A stretch of DNA of 64,000 bases from Vitrella brassicaformis CCMP3155 (Eukaryota > Protista > Chromerida): contig CDMY01000248.1 in NCBI GenBank assembly GCA_001179505.1, positions 1 through 64,000 of the forward strand, written 5' to 3'. The notes beneath the pieces were generated by a model that searched no databases, was not told where the DNA came from, and worked only from the letters and a program-made list of their open reading frames with translations. Below are positions 60,757 to 64,000 of this stretch, piece after piece. How positions within the stretch are numbered: position 1 is the stretch's first letter; each line of letters starts with the position of its first letter. The translations under genes were made by a program, and so were the position numbers.

Positions 60757-60997
60757 AGCGAAAGGTGCCTGCCTGCCTGCCTGTCTGCCTGCCTGGTTCG
60801 TTCAGTTGAGCTGCATTTCTTGTGATAGCAAGGGCATGGTGGACTGACAGGGACAGGGACATAGACAGAGAGGGTGTTTCTGTCGCGCGTGAGCAATGCC
60901 ATCCCCGCGTATAGATGGGGGCGAGCAGTCTCTCAACCTCCATTGCTCTGCTTCCGGTTCTTCCTTTCACACTAAGTCTTCGCTGCTCCCTTTGCAG

Positions 60998-61448
60998 AGC
61001 ACCGGGCATGCGAAGACCTCACTGCGCCACCCGGCACGACCCTTACCCCCACCATCCAGCAGCACGAGTACAGCACGTCTGGGAGTGGCAGTGCAGAGGG
61101 ACTCATATCGCCCGACGCCATCAGCCGTCTGGACCAGGCCATTCGGCACACTGTGCCACGATGGTGTTGCCTTGAGTGTGGAGGGGCTGGTGTCCATGGG
61201 GCTGTCGACATGGGGCACGAGGGCGGTGACGACGTGTGTGCGATGGATCTGGATGGGGTGGATAAGCTCGTCCACCTGACTGGCGGCACTGATGGTAAGT
61301 CAGGCAAGCCACTACACCTCACCACACTGATCAGAGGTCATTCTGTGCCATGTGTGTGTCGTGCTGTGTGCAGAGTTCGTCTGTCATTCGAGTGGCGCCG
61401 CTGACGTGACTCACGTCAACGGCACACCGGACATCTGGGCGGACCAAG
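60998..61448 (+). pseudogene. Decayed paralogous fragment (exon-intron-exon) of the kinase tail at 5960-6370
   Basis: SGSGSAEGLISPDAISRLDQAIRHTV vs SGSDSAEGLISPNAISLLDQAIRHTV; homologous intron (61295-61373 vs 6212-6296); a 4-nt insertion at 61156-61159 and a 1-nt deletion near 61204; no kinase domain seen upstream. Confidence 0.75.
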
Positions 61449-61992
61449 GTAGCCTCCTACACCGCACCACACACAGACACCGTGACAGCTGAAGTCACCC
61501 CCGCCTCTCTCTCGGTGTGTGTCTCTGCCCCTGGCCTCTTTGTTTGCTCCATCTCTCCAGGTTGTCATTCGGTGAGTTCAGCTGTTGGTCCCTCCATCCC
61601 CGGCCAAGACGGCCCACAACTCGTTCACGTCGCCTCCCTCTAGGGCCGCTCATTGCTGACACTGATCGCTAAGCGGCCGACCGCCGTGACTGATCATGTC
61701 GGTGGGGTCATCCGTGCAGTGCATCGCTGTCTACACTTCATATCTGACGGCAGTTGCCCACTGCACTGCCCAGCTTGTGCATATCTTATCCAGCAAAGAC
61801 ACTCCCTTATCCAAGACATCAGCAGACTCTTCCGTGTCATCTGTCTTTCACTGCGTCTTCCATGTCCATGTGGCGCATGAAGTCAGAGATCTACCTCCAC
61901 GGTGGAGCAGGGAGCCAGCCAGGACTCATAGGAGCGCCGCCAAGCTGCCGGACATAGGAAAAATCGTGGGGGGGAAGAGAGAGGCTGCTCGC

Positions 61993-62002
61993 TTAGCTCG
62001 CA
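61993..62002 (+). promoter_or_regulatory. Single TTAGCTCGCA 25 nt upstream of the SDR ATG
   Basis: Same core as the three tandem pairs. Confidence 0.4.
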
Positions 62003-62026
62003 GACGTGGGCGAGAGCGAGGGGGAA

Positions 62027-63386
62027 ATGGTACTCCTGTCGTACCTGGCGGCCTTCTTCTCCGCATTTGGTGCGATATTCTTCGTCTACTGCGCCTTCAA
62101 TATCGCCCGGTGGATCTATGACGTCTTTCTCGCTTCATCAAGCGACGCCTATCTGGCGGCGTTCAAGGGCGACTGGGCGTTGATCACGGGTGCGGCTGGC
62201 GGCATCGGGCGGTGCTTCGCCGAGCAGCTGGCTGCACGAGGGTTGCACTTGATTCTGGCTGACATCAATGAGGCGGGCTTGGAGGAGCTGAGGGGCCTTC
62301 TGGCGGGCCGGTTTCCAGCCGTGAGCATCAAGACGATGAGGCTGGATCTCATGGGCGAGGCGGCGGCCATCGAGGCCAACCTCAAGATATTCATGCAGGA
62401 CCACGGCATCAACAAGATCGGTACTACGTCACGCACACCAACGACACACTCACCCAATGCATTACTGACATGACGTCCTTTCCTGCGTGTCCCATCCCAT
62501 GGCATGCGATGCAGGTGTGTTGCTGTGCTGTGCGGGCGGCGTGGGTCGCTATGCCGTGGTCAACGAGCGGCCGACGTCTGCGGTGTACCGTGACGTGCAG
62601 TACAACGTGTCGTCGACGCTGCTGTGCTGCAGCTTCGTGATACCCTACATGAAGCACAACGGCCGCGGACTCATCATGCTCATGTCTTCCATGAGCGCAC
62701 TCTCGGGCATGCCCGGCTCGCCCGAGTACAGCGGGGGCAAGGCCTTCCTCCGGCTTTGGAGCTTCTCGGTCGAGGAAGAACTCAAGATCGACAACATACT
62801 CATCACCGCCTTCACGCCAGGTACGTAGGTGGGTGGAGCTGCTGTGCTGGGCTGTGCTGTGCATCCTTCTCGGACGTCCCTTTTGCTGAGCTGTGATGGC
62901 ATCTGATTGCTGTGGCTGGCAGGGTTCATAACAACCCCACTGACGCAGTACGCGCGGGGGCTGCTTGTTGCCGAGCCCGAGTCCTTCGTCCGCTGGGCCT
63001 TGCACAAGTGCCACCGGGGCCCGGTGTGCAACCCGCACCCGGGACATGCCCTGCAAGAGGCCCTCGGGGTCAACATACTGGGAATCAGGTGCGCACCACT
63101 CACCCACCCCAGGAAGGCGCAAGACTCCGGTGTCTGGTGCCTCTGGATGTATGTGCCTCTTGTGTTTGTGTGTGTGTGTGTCAGGTCGATGCGCAAGGCG
63201 GCGGAGATCGCTGCGTGCAAGATGGCCAAGCGTATGATGGCGAGCAAGAAGGAGGACGGCAGCCCCAGCCTGCTGGTGGAGCGCCAGGAGGCGAAGGACC
63301 ATATCGAGAAGATGGCCAGCAAGCGAACGGCACTCTTCGACACTGCCGCCCGACCTGAGCTGTCCGTCGGACGGGTGGGTGGCTAG
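62027..63386 (+). CDS. Classical short-chain dehydrogenase/reductase, KCR/HSD17B12-like, with N-terminal membrane anchor; 4 exons
   Basis: Hydrophobic N-terminus, GDWALITGAAGGIG (TGxxxGxG), CCAGG at the NNAG position, catalytic Ser (LMSSMSA) and YSGGK (YxxxK), TP|GFITTPL; stop at 63386. Confidence 0.9.
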
Positions 63387-64000
63387 GGGGAATGGGGAGG
63401 TCGTCCGTGTGTCGCCTGTGCGGGTGCGTCCGTCCCTTGGTCTGTAATTCTCTCTTCGGCGTCATGGATGTCTGTCTGATATGTATTTGTGTGCCTACAC
63501 AGAATGAATGCTACCTACGGTCGTGTCGTTTTTCCTTTTCCTTTTCCGCATAACTGAGTAACTTCGTCTGCGTCACACCCCTCGTCTGTGTCTGTGCCTC
63601 GTGTCGTACGTGTGTGCATTGCGTGCTATGTTGAATAGGCTTCGTGTCGCGTGAGAGAGAGGGGGAGGGGGGGGGAGGGGGCGCGTGCTGTATCGATCCA
63701 TCGAGCGTATGCAATTCATGGCCGTCCGTCCGGTGCTGTGACCGACGAGCTAGCTGTGTTGAGTGAGTGCGCTTCACAGACAGATGCCCTCCCTCCCTAG
63801 CTATCATGATGTCTATTATATCTATGCACATATGTATGTATTTTTCCCGTGAGTCGATGTGTGGCGCCCTGCACGGGCGAAGCGGCTATCTATCGTTCGT
63901 TATTGTATGTCAGTCTTGCCGTTGAGAATGTGTGTGTTTGTGTTTGTGTATGCGCGTGTGCCGTTTTTCAAGGATGGTGGGTCATTTGTGGGAATGTATG

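Noticed and set aside
1-64000. CRISPR arrays, tRNA/rRNA genes, intact transposons
   Set aside because: No regularly spaced repeat-spacer pattern, cloverleaf, rRNA motif, transposase/RT ORF or terminal-repeat pair was recognised by eye; a tRNAscan/RepeatMasker run would be needed to exclude them.

Overview
Eukaryotic, GC-rich, intron-dense genomic DNA. It has many short GT-AG introns whose 3' ends are (TG)n/(TGTC)n/(TCCA)n-rich, plus four 300-N assembly gaps. Intron style and gene content point to an alveolate, most likely the chromerid Vitrella brassicaformis (inference, not verified). Genes reconstructed by eye across introns, in order: CSTF1/CstF-50 (+); a CAMK-like kinase with a DFD motif and repeat-rich tail (+); minus-strand kinase N-lobe relics; a helical-repeat protein ending in a split RING finger (+); an orphan multi-pass membrane protein (+); an apparently incomplete PPTC7-like PP2C (-); UVRAG (-); GPATCH1 (+); a hypothetical gene (-); a multi-C2 ferlin (-); an F-box fused to an SMC/RecF-type ABC-ATPase head lacking the long coiled coil (+); a 4-EF-hand calmodulin-like protein (-); a low-complexity protein (+); a 15-kb CEP290 (-); MCTS1/Tma20 (+); a decayed paralogous piece of the kinase tail (+); and a KCR/HSD17B12-like SDR (+). 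No rRNA, tRNA, CRISPR array or intact transposon was recognised. The best leads are the F-box/mini-SMC ATPase fusion, a recurrent AGCTCGCA element just upstream of four start codons, an EF-hand/IQ module inside CEP290, a RING finger split by a 54-aa insert, a possible 37-nt intron born from a tandem repeat, and a dispersed ~22-nt intergenic motif. Exon boundaries are manual and approximate; no database search was run.
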